A stretch of 64,000 bases of DNA from Candidatus Hydrogenedentota bacterium (GCA_963674865.2 CAXXYE010000009.1:896001-960000); one strand, 5' to 3'. Shown: positions 26,671-37,120, counted from the first letter of the stretch. The notes: generated by a model not told the origin, from the letters alone. Translations and numbers: made by a program.

Positions 26671-28611
26671 CTAGACGTCCGCGGAAGTAGCCGGCGAGCC
26701 GGTGTCAGCGTCGAGTACCTTCCCGAACTGCTGTCTGAAAAGCTCTGCGTAGAGGCCGCCGCTCGCCAGGAGTTGGCTGTGGGTGCCCACTTGGACAACG
26801 CGCCCTGCGTCAAGTACCACGATTTGGTCTGAACTCAAGATGGTCGAGAGGCGGTGAGCGATGATCAGCGATGTCCGCCCCCGCAGCAAGCGCTCAAGTG
26901 CCCGCTGAATGAGGTATTCCGACGTGGCGTCCAGGTTACTCGTCGCTTCATCCAGGATCAGGATGGATGGGTCCTTCAGCAAGGCCCGGGCAATAGACAC
27001 CCGCTGTTTCTCGCCGCCTGAAAGACGACATCCTCTATCTCCCACGACCGTGTCATATCCATCGGGCAACGCCGTAATGAAGTCGTGGATGTTAGCCGCC
27101 CGGCACGCCTCGATCACGTCGGACTCAGTGGCATCGGGGCGGGCGTAGAGCAGGTTTTCCCGAATGCTCGCGTGAAAGAGAAAGGTCTCCTGAGTAACCA
27201 TGCCGATGTGGCTCCGGAGTTCATCCTTGGCCAGTTCCCGAAGATCGTGGCCATCGAGCAGGATCCGGCCCTGGAGAGGATCGTAGAAGCGAGGTGCGAG
27301 ATACGTGATGGTGGTCTTGCCGGCGCCGCTCGGGCCGACAAGGGCAACTTGCTCGCCGGGGCGAATCTCGAAGGCGGCGTCGCGCAGCTCGAATCGCTCC
27401 GCCGTTGCCATATTGGCGGGTGCCTCCGCATCCGGCACAAGATCAGGCGGCGGCTCCGGATAGGAGAAGGACACGTCCTCGAACGCGATGTGGCCGCGGA
27501 CGCTGGGCAAAGCCTCTGGCTTGGGCTGATCAACAACGTCGGGCTCCATATCGAGGTAATCGAAGATGCGCTCGAACACCGCGAAGGAGGCTTGGATATC
27601 CACATAGACGGAGGCGAGTTGCACGAGAGGTCGATACAGCAGCGTCAACAGCGCGGCAAAAGCAACAAGCTGGCCCGGCGTCAACTCCTCGCGCATGACC
27701 TGGTATCCTCCGTACCAGAAGACGAGGGCCGGGCCCATGGCGCTGAACACCATGAGGATCATCCGCAGCCAGCGCCCAACGATGGTTTGGCTGATGGTCA
27801 AGTCGCGGAGGTGGGCGCTTGTCTCGGCAAAGGCGCGCGCATCGGCTTCCCCTTGCCCGAAGATATTCGTCAGGATGGCGCCGCCGACGTGCAGGCGTTC
27901 GGCGAGAAACGCCATAAGTGAGGCTTGGCTTACCTGCGTTTCCGTGGAGAGTCTTCGCCGGATTTTCCCAATGATCCGCGACGGGATGTAGAAGGCAGGG
28001 ACCACGAGGACGGCCAGCAGAGCCAGGCGCCAGCTCTTGGTGAACAGCGCGATGGAGGTGGCAACGAGCGTCGCCAGGTTGTTGATGATCGTAACGATGG
28101 TGCCCGTTGCTACGCCTTGCACGGCGTTCACATCATTATTCAGCCGCGAGACGATTTCGCCCGACCGCGTGCGCGTGTAGAATCCCAACGACATGCGCTG
28201 AAGATGCCGGAATAGCTCATTGCGCAAATCGAATACGATGCCGTGGCCGACGCGGGCGGAGAGCGATTCCTGAAGCACGCCGATGAGCCCCGAGGCGATG
28301 GCCAGGCCCACCATCGCGCTCGCCAGCTTTCCGAGAAGGCCTAGGTCCTTCGCCGGTATGGCCCGATCCAGAATCGCCCCGACGCAGAAGGGAGGCAACA
28401 CGTTCAGCCCCGCCATAGCGCTCAGGCACAGCAGGATGATGATCCATTGGAGCCAGTAGGGGAGGAAGTAGGCCGCTATCCTTTTGAGCATGGCCCGGCT
28501 GATCTCAGGGGGCGGGCCCGTAAGGCCCCCCTTAGTAAAATGACGGTGCAGCCCATATGTCCGCGTCAACCCGCCAACGGTTGACATAGAGCCCCGCCAG
28601 CCGCCCAACAT
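26671..28611 (-). CDS. ABC exporter, fused permease/ATP-binding protein (MsbA/MdlB-like)
   Basis: N-terminal TM domain; GPSGAGKT Walker A, LSGGEKQR signature, ILDEATS Walker B, IAHRLST. Confidence 0.93.
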   Translation of the reverse strand: MLGGWRGSMSTVGGLTRTYGLHRHFTKGGLTGPPPEISRAMLKRIAAYFLPYWLQWIIILLCLSAMAGLNVLPPFCVGAILDRAIPAKDLGLLGKLASAMVGLAIASGLIGVLQESLSARVGHGIVFDLRNELFRHLQRMSLGFYTRTRSGEIVSRLNNDVNAVQGVATGTIVTIINNLATLVATSIALFTKSWRLALLAVLVVPAFYIPSRIIGKIRRRLSTETQVSQASLMAFLAERLHVGGAILTNIFGQGEADARAFAETSAHLRDLTISQTIVGRWLRMILMVFSAMGPALVFWYGGYQVMREELTPGQLVAFAALLTLLYRPLVQLASVYVDIQASFAVFERIFDYLDMEPDVVDQPKPEALPSVRGHIAFEDVSFSYPEPPPDLVPDAEAPANMATAERFELRDAAFEIRPGEQVALVGPSGAGKTTITYLAPRFYDPLQGRILLDGHDLRELAKDELRSHIGMVTQETFLFHASIRENLLYARPDATESDVIEACRAANIHDFITALPDGYDTVVGDRGCRLSGGEKQRVSIARALLKDPSILILDEATSNLDATSEYLIQRALERLLRGRTSLIIAHRLSTILSSDQIVVLDAGRVVQVGTHSQLLASGGLYAELFRQQFGKVLDADTGSPATSADV

Positions 28612-28782
28612 GGCCTACCCTCCTCGCCCCGCAAACAGACACGCGCTTGTCGAAGATTCTTCCATCGTAGTCCATCGACGCAGAGGAGAGCGAAATCCTC
28701 TGGCGACTTGATTGAGCGAGCAACGCCACCGTGCCGCGCGCTGCGCCGAAGGGCGGCCTTGTGTAGGAACGCCACTCTGAGA

Positions 28783-30195
28783 CTACTTGCCGCAGCCCTC
28801 GCACCCATCCCAGCAATAGGTGCAGACTTTCTCCTTGGGGAGGCCGATGGCCGAGACGAGGTCCGGGAGTTCCTGGTATTGCAGCGAGGTGAGCGACAGG
28901 CGCTGGCATATGCGCCGCACCATCGCCTCATAGCGGTCGGAGCCGGGTGTGGCGTACTCGTCCAGGTGCTTTTCGGCGCCCTCCTCCAGTTCCGTTGCCG
29001 CGCGGCGCCCCGCGAGGTCCAGTTCGGAGCGCGACCGCGAGAAATTCAGGAACTTGCAGCCGTGGATCAGCGGCGGACACGCCGGCCGCATGTGGACCTC
29101 CAAGGCGCCGTAGTCGTACAGCCGGGCGATGGTGTCTTTGAGCTGGGTTCCGCGCACAATGGAATCCTCACAGAAGAGCAGCCGCATTCCCTTGATCAGA
29201 TCCCGGATGGGAATCAGTTTCATGCGCGCCACGAGATCGCGCATCGTTTGAATCTGCGGCATGAAGCTCCGTGGCCACGTCGGTGTGTATTTCGCGAAGG
29301 GCCGTTTGTAGGGCACTTTGGCCTCGTTCGCGTATCCCATGGCGTGCCCTACGCCGGAGTCGGGAATCCCTGCCACCAGGTCGATGACGGCTTTGTCCTT
29401 GCGGGCCAAAGCGGCCCCGCAGCGGTTGCGGACGATTTCCACGTTGATGTTCTCGTAGCTCGACGCCGGAAAGCCGTAGTACACCCACAGAAACGCGCAA
29501 ATCTGGAGGCGATCGCCCGGCGGGCACTTCTGCTCGCAGCCTTCCTCCGTCAGGAACACCACCTCGCCGGGGCCAAGATATCGCTCCACCTCGTAGTCGA
29601 GGTTCGGAAACGCCGTGGTCTCGAACGTCGCCGCAAAGGCCCCGTCCTTCTTTCCGATGATTACGGACGTTCGCCCCAGGCGATCGCGGCCGGCGTAGAT
29701 GCCCTTTTCCGTAAGCAGCAGCATCGAGCATGAACCCTCGATGGCCTCCTGCGCATTCCGGATGCCGTCTTCGAAGGTGGCCTCCTCATTGATGAGAGTC
29801 GCCACAAGTTCGGTGGCGTTGATGCCGCCCCCGCTCATCTCCGAGAAATGCGTCGTGCGCTTCTTGAAGGCCCGTGCCGCGAGCTGCTCGGCATTCTTAA
29901 CCGCTCCCACCGTCACAATGGCGTAGGGCCCGAGGTGCGAGCCGATGATGAGGGGTTGAGACTCGTTGTCGCTGATAACGCCAATGCCCTTGGCGCCGTG
30001 CATGTCCCGGATATCGTCTTCGAACTTCGAGCGGAATTGGGCATTGGTGATGTCATGGATGTGCCGCGTGAATCCCCCATCGTTCAGCACGGCCAAGCCG
30101 CCGCGGCAGGTTCCCAGATGTGAATGGTAATCCGTCCCGTAGAAAAGGTCCGCGACACAGTCTTCTTTGGATACAACGCCGAAAAGACCACCCAT
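28783..30195 (-). CDS. purF: Amidophosphoribosyltransferase, variant lacking the N-terminal catalytic Cys
   Basis: RDRLG, ICAFLWVYYGFP, GIPDSG, EDSIVRGTQ PRPP loop, RPACPP, CTYCW Fe-S ligands; N-terminus MGGLFG. Confidence 0.9.
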   Translation of the reverse strand: MGGLFGVVSKEDCVADLFYGTDYHSHLGTCRGGLAVLNDGGFTRHIHDITNAQFRSKFEDDIRDMHGAKGIGVISDNESQPLIIGSHLGPYAIVTVGAVKNAEQLAARAFKKRTTHFSEMSGGGINATELVATLINEEATFEDGIRNAQEAIEGSCSMLLLTEKGIYAGRDRLGRTSVIIGKKDGAFAATFETTAFPNLDYEVERYLGPGEVVFLTEEGCEQKCPPGDRLQICAFLWVYYGFPASSYENINVEIVRNRCGAALARKDKAVIDLVAGIPDSGVGHAMGYANEAKVPYKRPFAKYTPTWPRSFMPQIQTMRDLVARMKLIPIRDLIKGMRLLFCEDSIVRGTQLKDTIARLYDYGALEVHMRPACPPLIHGCKFLNFSRSRSELDLAGRRAATELEEGAEKHLDEYATPGSDRYEAMVRRICQRLSLTSLQYQELPDLVSAIGLPKEKVCTYCWDGCEGCGK

Positions 30196-30494
30196 TGCCC
30201 ACGCTCCTCCCCAAGGTTCATGTTCGTTAACAGACAGGGCGAGCGCCCTGACCTCACCGATTTGATGCTACTCGACGGAGACAGGGCGAGGCAACCGGCC
30301 TGAAGGAGCGGGCTCGAGGGACCGGCGCGGACTACACTTGCCCCCCTTGCGGCGAAAAGCCACGGAGTTCGTCGAAAAACAGGGACTTCCCTTGCTGCAC
30401 GCAATTGGCAGCGTAGAGGTACATCGCCGCGGACCACGTTTGCCAATCTTGGCCTCGCGGAGTCCCATCCTGCGCTGGTGGAAGACGCGATTCG

Positions 30495-31889
30495 TCACGA
30501 ATGCAGCAAGGCTTGATAGGTGCGCCCGGGGATAAGCCGCTCGCCGTCGGTGAATCCTTCGGGCCGGCCGCGGAGTTCATCGATCAGCAAACGCCGCCAG
30601 TGGGCGACCCGCTCGGCCTCGTTGGAGTCGTTCACGAGATTGCGGCACTCGTGCGGGTCATCATCAAGCCGGAAGAACTGCTCCTCACCCGTCTCGACGA
30701 ACCAGGCGAACTTCTCCCGCCCGTCGGTGAGCGTCTGGTGAATGGGCGCGTGCTCGATATGGAGATAGGGCCGCCATTCGGGGGACTCCCCGCGAAGGAA
30801 GGGGAGCAGGCTCTTGCCCTCGACGGTTTCGGGCGCATCGATCCCGGCCATGTCGAGGAGGGTGGGCATGATGTCTTCGAGAGACACGGGAGCCTCCACG
30901 GCGGCGCCCGCGTCCAGGCCGAACCGCTCCGGTGCGCGGATGAGCAGGGGAATGCGCGCCGCGGGCTCGTAGGGAACCTGCTTGCGCCAGAGATAGTGAT
31001 CGCCGAGCATCTCGCCGTGATCGCTGGTGAACACGACGATAGTGTTGTGCTGTGTCATGTAGTCAACGCCACTGACGGGATTGAGCAGGCGGTTGATCTG
31101 ATCATCGACGTGATTGATGAGGCCGTAGTAGGCGGCGCGGGCGGAGCGCAAGGCTTCGCCCTCCAACTGGACGCGGCTGGAGAACTGCCCACGGCCCAGG
31201 CCGCCGTTCTCAGGCGGGACGGCCCAGTCGCCGATGACGGGCTCCGGGAGGTCCATGCGCAGGTATCGCTCCATGTACGGCGCCGGCGGGATCAAGGGCG
31301 GATGCGGCGCAAGGAACGATGCTACCAGGAAGAAGGGGCAGGCGGGGTCGCGTTTGCGGAGGAAGGTCAGGGCCTCGTTCACCGTCCAGTTGGTCATGTG
31401 GCACGCGTCGGGCATGTGCCAAGGCCGGGCGGTCCAGTCATTGTGCATGACGCCTGTCCCGTAGTAGCCTCCGCTGCCGGGAGGCTGATGTTGCTCAAGC
31501 CACTCGTCGTAGTCGCCGCCTCGGAAGTTGTGTATCACCATGTGGTCGAAGCCGTAGCGCTTGCGGGGCGGGTGCTGGTGCATGTTCCTGCCGACGAGAT
31601 ACGTGTGGTAGCCGTGTTCCGACAGAACCTGCGGCAGCGTGGACGGCGCGTCCCATTCGACGCCGTCCCTGTATCCGACGATGCCGTGAGTGGCGGGGAA
31701 CTGCCCCGAGAGCAGGGAGCGGCGGGCGGCGATGCACGAGGGACACGACGTATACGCGCGCCTGAAGCGCACCCCCTGTCCGGCGATCCTGTCCATGGTG
31801 GGCGTCAGCAGGACGGGGTGGCCCTCGATGCCCAGGCAATCGCCCCGCTGCTGGTCGGTCATGATGAGGAGGATGTTGGGTCTTTCCAC
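30495..31889 (-). CDS. Sulfatase (arylsulfatase/choline-sulfatase-like)
   Basis: PNILLIMTDQQR, CIAAR (CxxxR formylglycine site), SDHGEMLGDH. Confidence 0.92.
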   Translation of the reverse strand: MERPNILLIMTDQQRGDCLGIEGHPVLLTPTMDRIAGQGVRFRRAYTSCPSCIAARRSLLSGQFPATHGIVGYRDGVEWDAPSTLPQVLSEHGYHTYLVGRNMHQHPPRKRYGFDHMVIHNFRGGDYDEWLEQHQPPGSGGYYGTGVMHNDWTARPWHMPDACHMTNWTVNEALTFLRKRDPACPFFLVASFLAPHPPLIPPAPYMERYLRMDLPEPVIGDWAVPPENGGLGRGQFSSRVQLEGEALRSARAAYYGLINHVDDQINRLLNPVSGVDYMTQHNTIVVFTSDHGEMLGDHYLWRKQVPYEPAARIPLLIRAPERFGLDAGAAVEAPVSLEDIMPTLLDMAGIDAPETVEGKSLLPFLRGESPEWRPYLHIEHAPIHQTLTDGREKFAWFVETGEEQFFRLDDDPHECRNLVNDSNEAERVAHWRRLLIDELRGRPEGFTDGERLIPGRTYQALLHS

Positions 31890-32175
31890 GAGGCCACCTC
31901 ACTAAGTTGCTCCTGTGCGCGCATTATGCCCATCACGGTGAGGGCTTTCCACACGACGACCTTCTGGGCGCGGGCCGACGGCACAAAGGCGACCCGGCCG
32001 CCGGGGCCTTGCGCTCAATACAACCATGTGACATCATTTGGTGGAACCAGCGCGCCTAGCGGTAGCCCGTGCGTGGGTAATTGGAGCCGGGAGCGCCGTA
32101 AACCGGGGTGAGTTCTACGTGTCCGAGGGCGGGCGGCGTTGCCGGGCCCGGGGAATGAGAGCAGGAGGGGTGATC

Positions 32176-33468
32176 ATGATCGGCCACGACAAGAGGACGG
32201 TTATTGGACTTGCCGCTGCGTTGTGTCTAGCGATTTGCACGGCGGGATTCGCCGCCGACAGGTCGCTATCCGACTTGCCCATCGGCCACTTCAAGATCAT
32301 CGAGGGTGAGGAGGGGGAGATCAACGTCGAGGCGCGCTGCGTCCCCACGGAGAAGGTTCTGAAGACGCTTGCGGCGCGAACGGGCAAGGCGATTGTATTC
32401 GGCCAGCCGTGCCGCACCTACGTCAGCCTCTGGCAGCCGTGGTTGCATACGACGGAGGGGGAGTGGATGGATCGGGCTGCCAGCTTTGGCGGGCGGCTGT
32501 CATGCGTGTTGCGAGAGGGCGCTTGGCGCGTGTCCTCTCCTGAAATACAACCCCACTACGACGCCTCGATGACGGAAGAGGCCGTCGCCGCGAAGTTCCA
32601 CCATGATGTAGCGCCGATGCGCGTCCGACAAGGCATCTACTGCGGAATCATCATATACGGGGGCACGTTCATCGAGCCGCCCTACAAGCTGGAATGCGTG
32701 GAGCAGCCGAACAGAGGCTCCGCACTCACGGTGAATGGCGTCCCCGTTTGGTCTTTCCCGCCCCGCCCCGCGGATAAGTTGCGCCAACGAGTGCCATCAA
32801 TGCCCGCCTCCGGCCAGTTCACGGACACGGAGATCTTGACGGACTATGTGACTCGTGGGCTTTATCCCACCCTTCTGGCCAAGCGTGGGAAGGCCCGTGC
32901 ACGAGCAGGGGTAGTCGATTTTCTCAAAACGCAGGACATCATAGAGGCCGTGGTAGAGCCTGACAGCGATCCCGAGGCCTTGGGCCTATCCTCCAGGATC
33001 TTCCAATCTCTCCTGAAGAGCGACAACATTGCCGTAATCTACCCGGATCGGCCCGGATTCGGCTTCTTCTTTCCAGCGAATTTCGATCTCGCTAGAGCAA
33101 CCTTCTTCTTCCCTGGCGGACCCAGTCCCATAGAATTGGCCGAAGCCCGGGCGGCGTCCGTGGCGGAGACGCTCAAACGGGGGTTCGTGATCATCGCCGG
33201 CAGTCAAGGTGAGGTGGCTTTCAAGGACACATCGCACCTGGAGCATTTCGCGCAATGCCTGCGCCTGGCGGAGGGACGCTCCCTCCTCGAGGTGGAATGT
33301 CTCATGGCGGAGCTGGTAGAGGACCGGGCGCTGGCCCGCGAACTCGCTGTGAATCTATCCGGCGACTACGCCCGCTTGGCGGACATCCTCGAGCGACTGC
33401 TCCACACCGCTGAGACGGAGAAAGCGCGGAAGGACTTGGCTGCTGAAAGGTGGGAGAAGGGGTTCTAA
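32176..33468 (+). CDS. Hypothetical exported protein
   Basis: Long ORF, AGGAGG RBS, signal-peptide-like N-terminus ending in AGFAA; no family recognised. Confidence 0.6.
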   Translation: MIGHDKRTVIGLAAALCLAICTAGFAADRSLSDLPIGHFKIIEGEEGEINVEARCVPTEKVLKTLAARTGKAIVFGQPCRTYVSLWQPWLHTTEGEWMDRAASFGGRLSCVLREGAWRVSSPEIQPHYDASMTEEAVAAKFHHDVAPMRVRQGIYCGIIIYGGTFIEPPYKLECVEQPNRGSALTVNGVPVWSFPPRPADKLRQRVPSMPASGQFTDTEILTDYVTRGLYPTLLAKRGKARARAGVVDFLKTQDIIEAVVEPDSDPEALGLSSRIFQSLLKSDNIAVIYPDRPGFGFFFPANFDLARATFFFPGGPSPIELAEARAASVAETLKRGFVIIAGSQGEVAFKDTSHLEHFAQCLRLAEGRSLLEVECLMAELVEDRALARELAVNLSGDYARLADILERLLHTAETEKARKDLAAERWEKGF

Positions 33469-33527
33469 GCCGGCATAGGCCGAATTGATAACCTTTGGCT
33501 GGGCCCAAGAGGCCGGGGCGGGCGAAC

Positions 33528-34466
33528 ATGGCGAGGGATGGGATAAGAATGGTGGCGCGGGTCTTCCTTGGGATGCTTCTGAGCGTGGCGGGCGGGTGTC
33601 TACCGCCGCCGGTTTGCGGCCTGGTCGAGGTGGCGCTCCGCCACGATGGGGTATCCCGCACGTATCAGCGCTTTGTGCCCGCCTCGTGCACGGAGGGCAA
33701 GCCCGTCCCGCTGGTGGTCGTGCTGCACGGGTTGACGGAAGACGGCTGGGCCATGGCCCGGGAGACGGGTTTCAACGCCATCGCCGAGCGCGAGGGGTTC
33801 ATCGTGGCGTATCCCGACGGCCTGCTGCGCAGCTTCAATGTCTTCGCTGAGGGCTGGCCGGACGATGTCGGCTTCGTGTTGGCGGTAGTCGAGGATGTTT
33901 GCGCCGCCTATGCCGTCGATCCCGGCCGCATCTACCTCACCGGCGCCTCCAACGGGGGATTCCTGACGTACCGGCTTGTCTGCGAGGCCCCGGGCGTGTT
34001 CGCGGCGGCGGCGCCCGTGATGGCCACGATGCCGCAAACCGTGGCGGAGGCCTGCGAGGCGCCTCCCACGCCGATCCTGCTCATCCACGGCACCGAGGAC
34101 CCGATTGTCCCCTATGATGATCCCGTGTTGTACGCCGGGCCGCGGCTGACGGTACGCATGCTGCCCATTCCGGAGACGGCGCAGTTCTGGGTCGCGGCGA
34201 ACGGGTGCGACCCGGAGCCGTCGGTGGATTCCCTGCCGGATACCGATCCCGCCGACGGCACGACGGCCGTGTGCGAAACCTGGACGGGCGATGACCCCGA
34301 GGCCGAGGTGGTCCTGTACACGGTGGAGGGCGGCGGCCACACCTGGCCGGGGGGCTACGAGGCGTATCCCGCGTGGCTCGTCGGGCGGCAATGCAACGAT
34401 TTCGACGCCAGTGAGGTCATCTGGTGCTTCTTCGCGCGCCACGCAGCCGCGTCGAGCGTTCCATAA
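33528..34466 (+). CDS. LpqC/PHB-depolymerase-family esterase, probable lipoprotein
   Basis: PLVVVLHG, VAYPDG, DDVGF, GASNGG, HGTEDPIVP and GGGHTWPG motifs; start may instead be 33549. Confidence 0.85.
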   Translation: MARDGIRMVARVFLGMLLSVAGGCLPPPVCGLVEVALRHDGVSRTYQRFVPASCTEGKPVPLVVVLHGLTEDGWAMARETGFNAIAEREGFIVAYPDGLLRSFNVFAEGWPDDVGFVLAVVEDVCAAYAVDPGRIYLTGASNGGFLTYRLVCEAPGVFAAAAPVMATMPQTVAEACEAPPTPILLIHGTEDPIVPYDDPVLYAGPRLTVRMLPIPETAQFWVAANGCDPEPSVDSLPDTDPADGTTAVCETWTGDDPEAEVVLYTVEGGGHTWPGGYEAYPAWLVGRQCNDFDASEVIWCFFARHAAASSVP

Positions 34467-34487
34467 CGGAGCGGCGCCTGCCGCTAT

Positions 34488-34697
34488 GGTAGAGGGTTGT
34501 AGACAGTTGGTAGACAGTTGAGTAGATGGTTTGGGCGTTAGCAAACATTACATTTAAGTCATTGCTTAGCAATGACTTTCCCTCTTAGAGAGTCTAAAAG
34601 GGTGATAGTAAGAGGGTTATCCTGAAAAAGGGTCGCAAAAAGGAAAAACATAGGGAGGTTTACGGACCAACCCTTTAACTATCACCAACCCTCACCC
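34488..34697. repeat. AT-rich element with converging iteron-like repeats and a 23-bp palindrome
   Basis: Tandem GTAGACAGTTG x2 (34499-34520) with related flanking copies; palindrome AAGTCATTGC-TTA-GCAATGACTT (34556-34578); inverted AACTATCACC and AACCCTCACC (34677-34696). Confidence 0.75.
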
Positions 34698-34739
34698 CGG
34701 TTGATGTCGGCCCGCCTTTCGATGAACAGCGAACCGGCG

Positions 34740-35309
34740 TCAGCGTGTCGGGCGTTTCCGCAGCAAGGCCGCGCGGGCGGATGCGATGTTGAGGCGTTCG
34801 ACGACCTCGAAGCCGTGCTGCCCGGCCAAGGCGAGCGATGCGTCGAATGCCTCGCTGGGAACGGGCCACTTCGGCTCGGCGAAAAGGAGCTTCCCTTCCG
34901 GTTTGAGCGTCGCGGCGACATCGGCGAAGAACCGGCCGGGCTCGGGCACCTCATGGACGATGCCGAAGGCGAGGGCGAAATCGACGGTCCCGGCCAAGTC
35001 GTCCAACCTGAGACTATCCCGTCCGCATGTTCGGGCCTCGATGTGGTCGTCCAAGTTCGCCTTCCGCGCGCGGCGCATCAATGCCTCGAGCATCGGTTCC
35101 TGGAGATCGACGCAGATCACCCGGCCCTCCGGCCCGACCATCTGGGCAAGAGGAAGGCTGAAGAAGCCCATGGCGCATCCCAAATCCATGGCGCACATCC
35201 CCTCGGATACATACGGCGACAGGAGCTTGGTGGGATGCTGGCGCAACTTCCGCAGAGGATTTGCGAGAAGATGTCCCATCCAGACGGGACAAAGATGCTG
35301 CTTGCCCAT
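34740..35309 (-). CDS. Class I SAM-dependent methyltransferase
   Basis: MDLGCAMGFF motif I, VICVDLQ, VHEVP, LKPEGKLLFAEP. Confidence 0.88.
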   Translation of the reverse strand: MGKQHLCPVWMGHLLANPLRKLRQHPTKLLSPYVSEGMCAMDLGCAMGFFSLPLAQMVGPEGRVICVDLQEPMLEALMRRARKANLDDHIEARTCGRDSLRLDDLAGTVDFALAFGIVHEVPEPGRFFADVAATLKPEGKLLFAEPKWPVPSEAFDASLALAGQHGFEVVERLNIASARAALLRKRPTR

Positions 35310-35355
35310 GGCTTTCCAGGCCTTTCTTCAGTTGCCGCAGCGCGCCCGAAGTTTG

Positions 35356-36429
35356 TCACCTACCGAGTACGCTCAGCAATTTCTCGCAATAGTAGCAGTA
35401 ATTGGCGAAGGGCACATCCGGCGGGAAGCTGTGATCCGGGCCGGGGATGTAGCCTCCTTCGCGGATGAGCGGCGTGACGCGGGCTATCTCGGCGTCGATG
35501 GCCTCGCGGCCCGTGGCCACGGCGCGCTTGTCGATGCCGTTGCACATGCGGAGTTCCTTGCCGTACTCGCGGCGGAACCGGTTAACGTCCATGCCGCACT
35601 GCACTTCGAAGGGATAAATGATGTTGATGCCTGCATCGAGCCAGACGGGGACAAGGCTCGATATATCGCCGTCGCTGTCGAGTGAGAAGAACTCGACGCC
35701 CCGGCCGCGCAGAAACTCCACAACGCGCTTATAGCGGGGGAGCATGTATTTCCGGACGAGGTCCGGCCCGATGAGCGGCCCGGTCTTGTAGGCCATATCC
35801 TCCCAGAAGCCGAAGAACTCGATGGAGGTGTGGTCAAGGATTTGGCCCATCATGGCGATGATGAAGTCCACGGTGGCGTCCATCATCTCCTCGACAAAGG
35901 CCGGTTCGGTGTAGAAGCGGGTGCAGAGTTCCTCGACGCCAAGGAGGTTGCGCAGCGGCCCGAAGAAACCGCCCCAGCGGTCGGCGATGATTACCAAGGG
36001 GCGGTCCCGGTCGCGGTAGCCGTCGAGCCGCTGCGTCCAGTCCGGGCCGATGCGGGCGGCGAGGTCAGGTCGCATCCGCTCCGCCCAGAATCGGCGGAAA
36101 TCTTCGCGCGTTTGGACGGGAAACCGAAGGAACTGAGGCATGCTCGAGGCCGGGGCGTCCTTCCGCTCGCGCATGAGGATGCCCTCGGGATTGATGAAGG
36201 TCCGGGTGTGTTCATCCTCTTCGACGATGGTTCGCTCGAAGGGCGGATTCGGGAAGAACCAGTGGGCGAAGCCAATCCAGGGGTCTTGCTGGAAGGGGGG
36301 ATGGTCGGGGTCGTAGCCTTCCCGCTTCCAGCGTTCGATGGTTTCCGGCCACGCGCCGAAGCCGCGAAATGGGACGCGATCCACAGGTTCATAGCGCATG
36401 GTGGCGAGGAATCGTTCACGGTGCGTCAT
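35356..36429 (-). CDS. Uroporphyrinogen decarboxylase-family (URO-D/MtaA-like) protein
   Basis: MTHRERF..DRVP, WEDMAYKTGPLIGP, DSDGD, GGYIPGPDH motifs. Confidence 0.82.
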   Translation of the reverse strand: MTHRERFLATMRYEPVDRVPFRGFGAWPETIERWKREGYDPDHPPFQQDPWIGFAHWFFPNPPFERTIVEEDEHTRTFINPEGILMRERKDAPASSMPQFLRFPVQTREDFRRFWAERMRPDLAARIGPDWTQRLDGYRDRDRPLVIIADRWGGFFGPLRNLLGVEELCTRFYTEPAFVEEMMDATVDFIIAMMGQILDHTSIEFFGFWEDMAYKTGPLIGPDLVRKYMLPRYKRVVEFLRGRGVEFFSLDSDGDISSLVPVWLDAGINIIYPFEVQCGMDVNRFRREYGKELRMCNGIDKRAVATGREAIDAEIARVTPLIREGGYIPGPDHSFPPDVPFANYCYYCEKLLSVLGR

Positions 36430-36459
36430 GCTCGGTACGTCTCGCTTTCTTTCCGTGCG

Positions 36460-36990
36460 TCAGGCCGCCGGGGCAGCCGTGGCATCCTTCTCTGCTTGCT
36501 CGATGCGCCGCTTGAGAACGTCTCGCATTCGCAGCGCGTTGACGGCCTTGTACGTCTCAGGTTCCGATCCTTCCGAGAAGCCGGCTTCCGCGATGCGCTC
36601 CTGTCTGCGGCGCGAGTACTTGCCGTCGAGCCAGGCCTGGAGGAGGGCGAACAGGGCGCGATCGATGTCGCTGCCCGGCGGGACGATTTCGCCGGCGCCC
36701 CGCTCAGGATGCTCGACCCCGAGGTATAGCTCCCGCGGCTTCCCTCGCTGGATCATTCCCATCCGGCCATCCTTGCAGAAGGAGAGCTTCTTGCCCGCGG
36801 CATCTTTGAAGGTTACCGCAAGCGTCCCTCCGTCGCTGTAGATGTCTGCTATCTCGACGGCCACCGGCGGCTCTAGCGAGAGGTGGTCGGCGGCCTCTTT
36901 GGCCGGACCTCCACAAGCGCACAGGGCCAGGAGTGCGCACACGCAAACGGTTGTATGGGGGCGCGTGCTCATCCATTCCTCCTTTGCCAT
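36460..36990 (-). CDS. Hypothetical lipoprotein
   Basis: Hydrophobic stretch ending in an LCAC lipobox; coding-like composition. Confidence 0.55.
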   Translation of the reverse strand: MAKEEWMSTRPHTTVCVCALLALCACGGPAKEAADHLSLEPPVAVEIADIYSDGGTLAVTFKDAAGKKLSFCKDGRMGMIQRGKPRELYLGVEHPERGAGEIVPPGSDIDRALFALLQAWLDGKYSRRRQERIAEAGFSEGSEPETYKAVNALRMRDVLKRRIEQAEKDATAAPAA

Positions 36991-37120
36991 AGAGGCGCGT
37001 TTCGGTGCGGGAAGAGCGTAGCACCGGACATGGAGGGCGTCAAATCATGGCAAGCCGGAAATCCGGGACTGTGGAGCTGTTGAAAGAGGCGTATTCGCCC
37101 CAGAGGTTGAGCGAAACGCC

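Noticed and set aside
30196..30494. Purine/ZMP/PRPP riboswitch upstream of purF
   Set aside because: Only a short hairpin (30235-30250); no recognisable aptamer consensus
34499..34530. CRISPR array
   Set aside because: Repeats are 11 bp and contiguous with no spacers; no cas genes in the window
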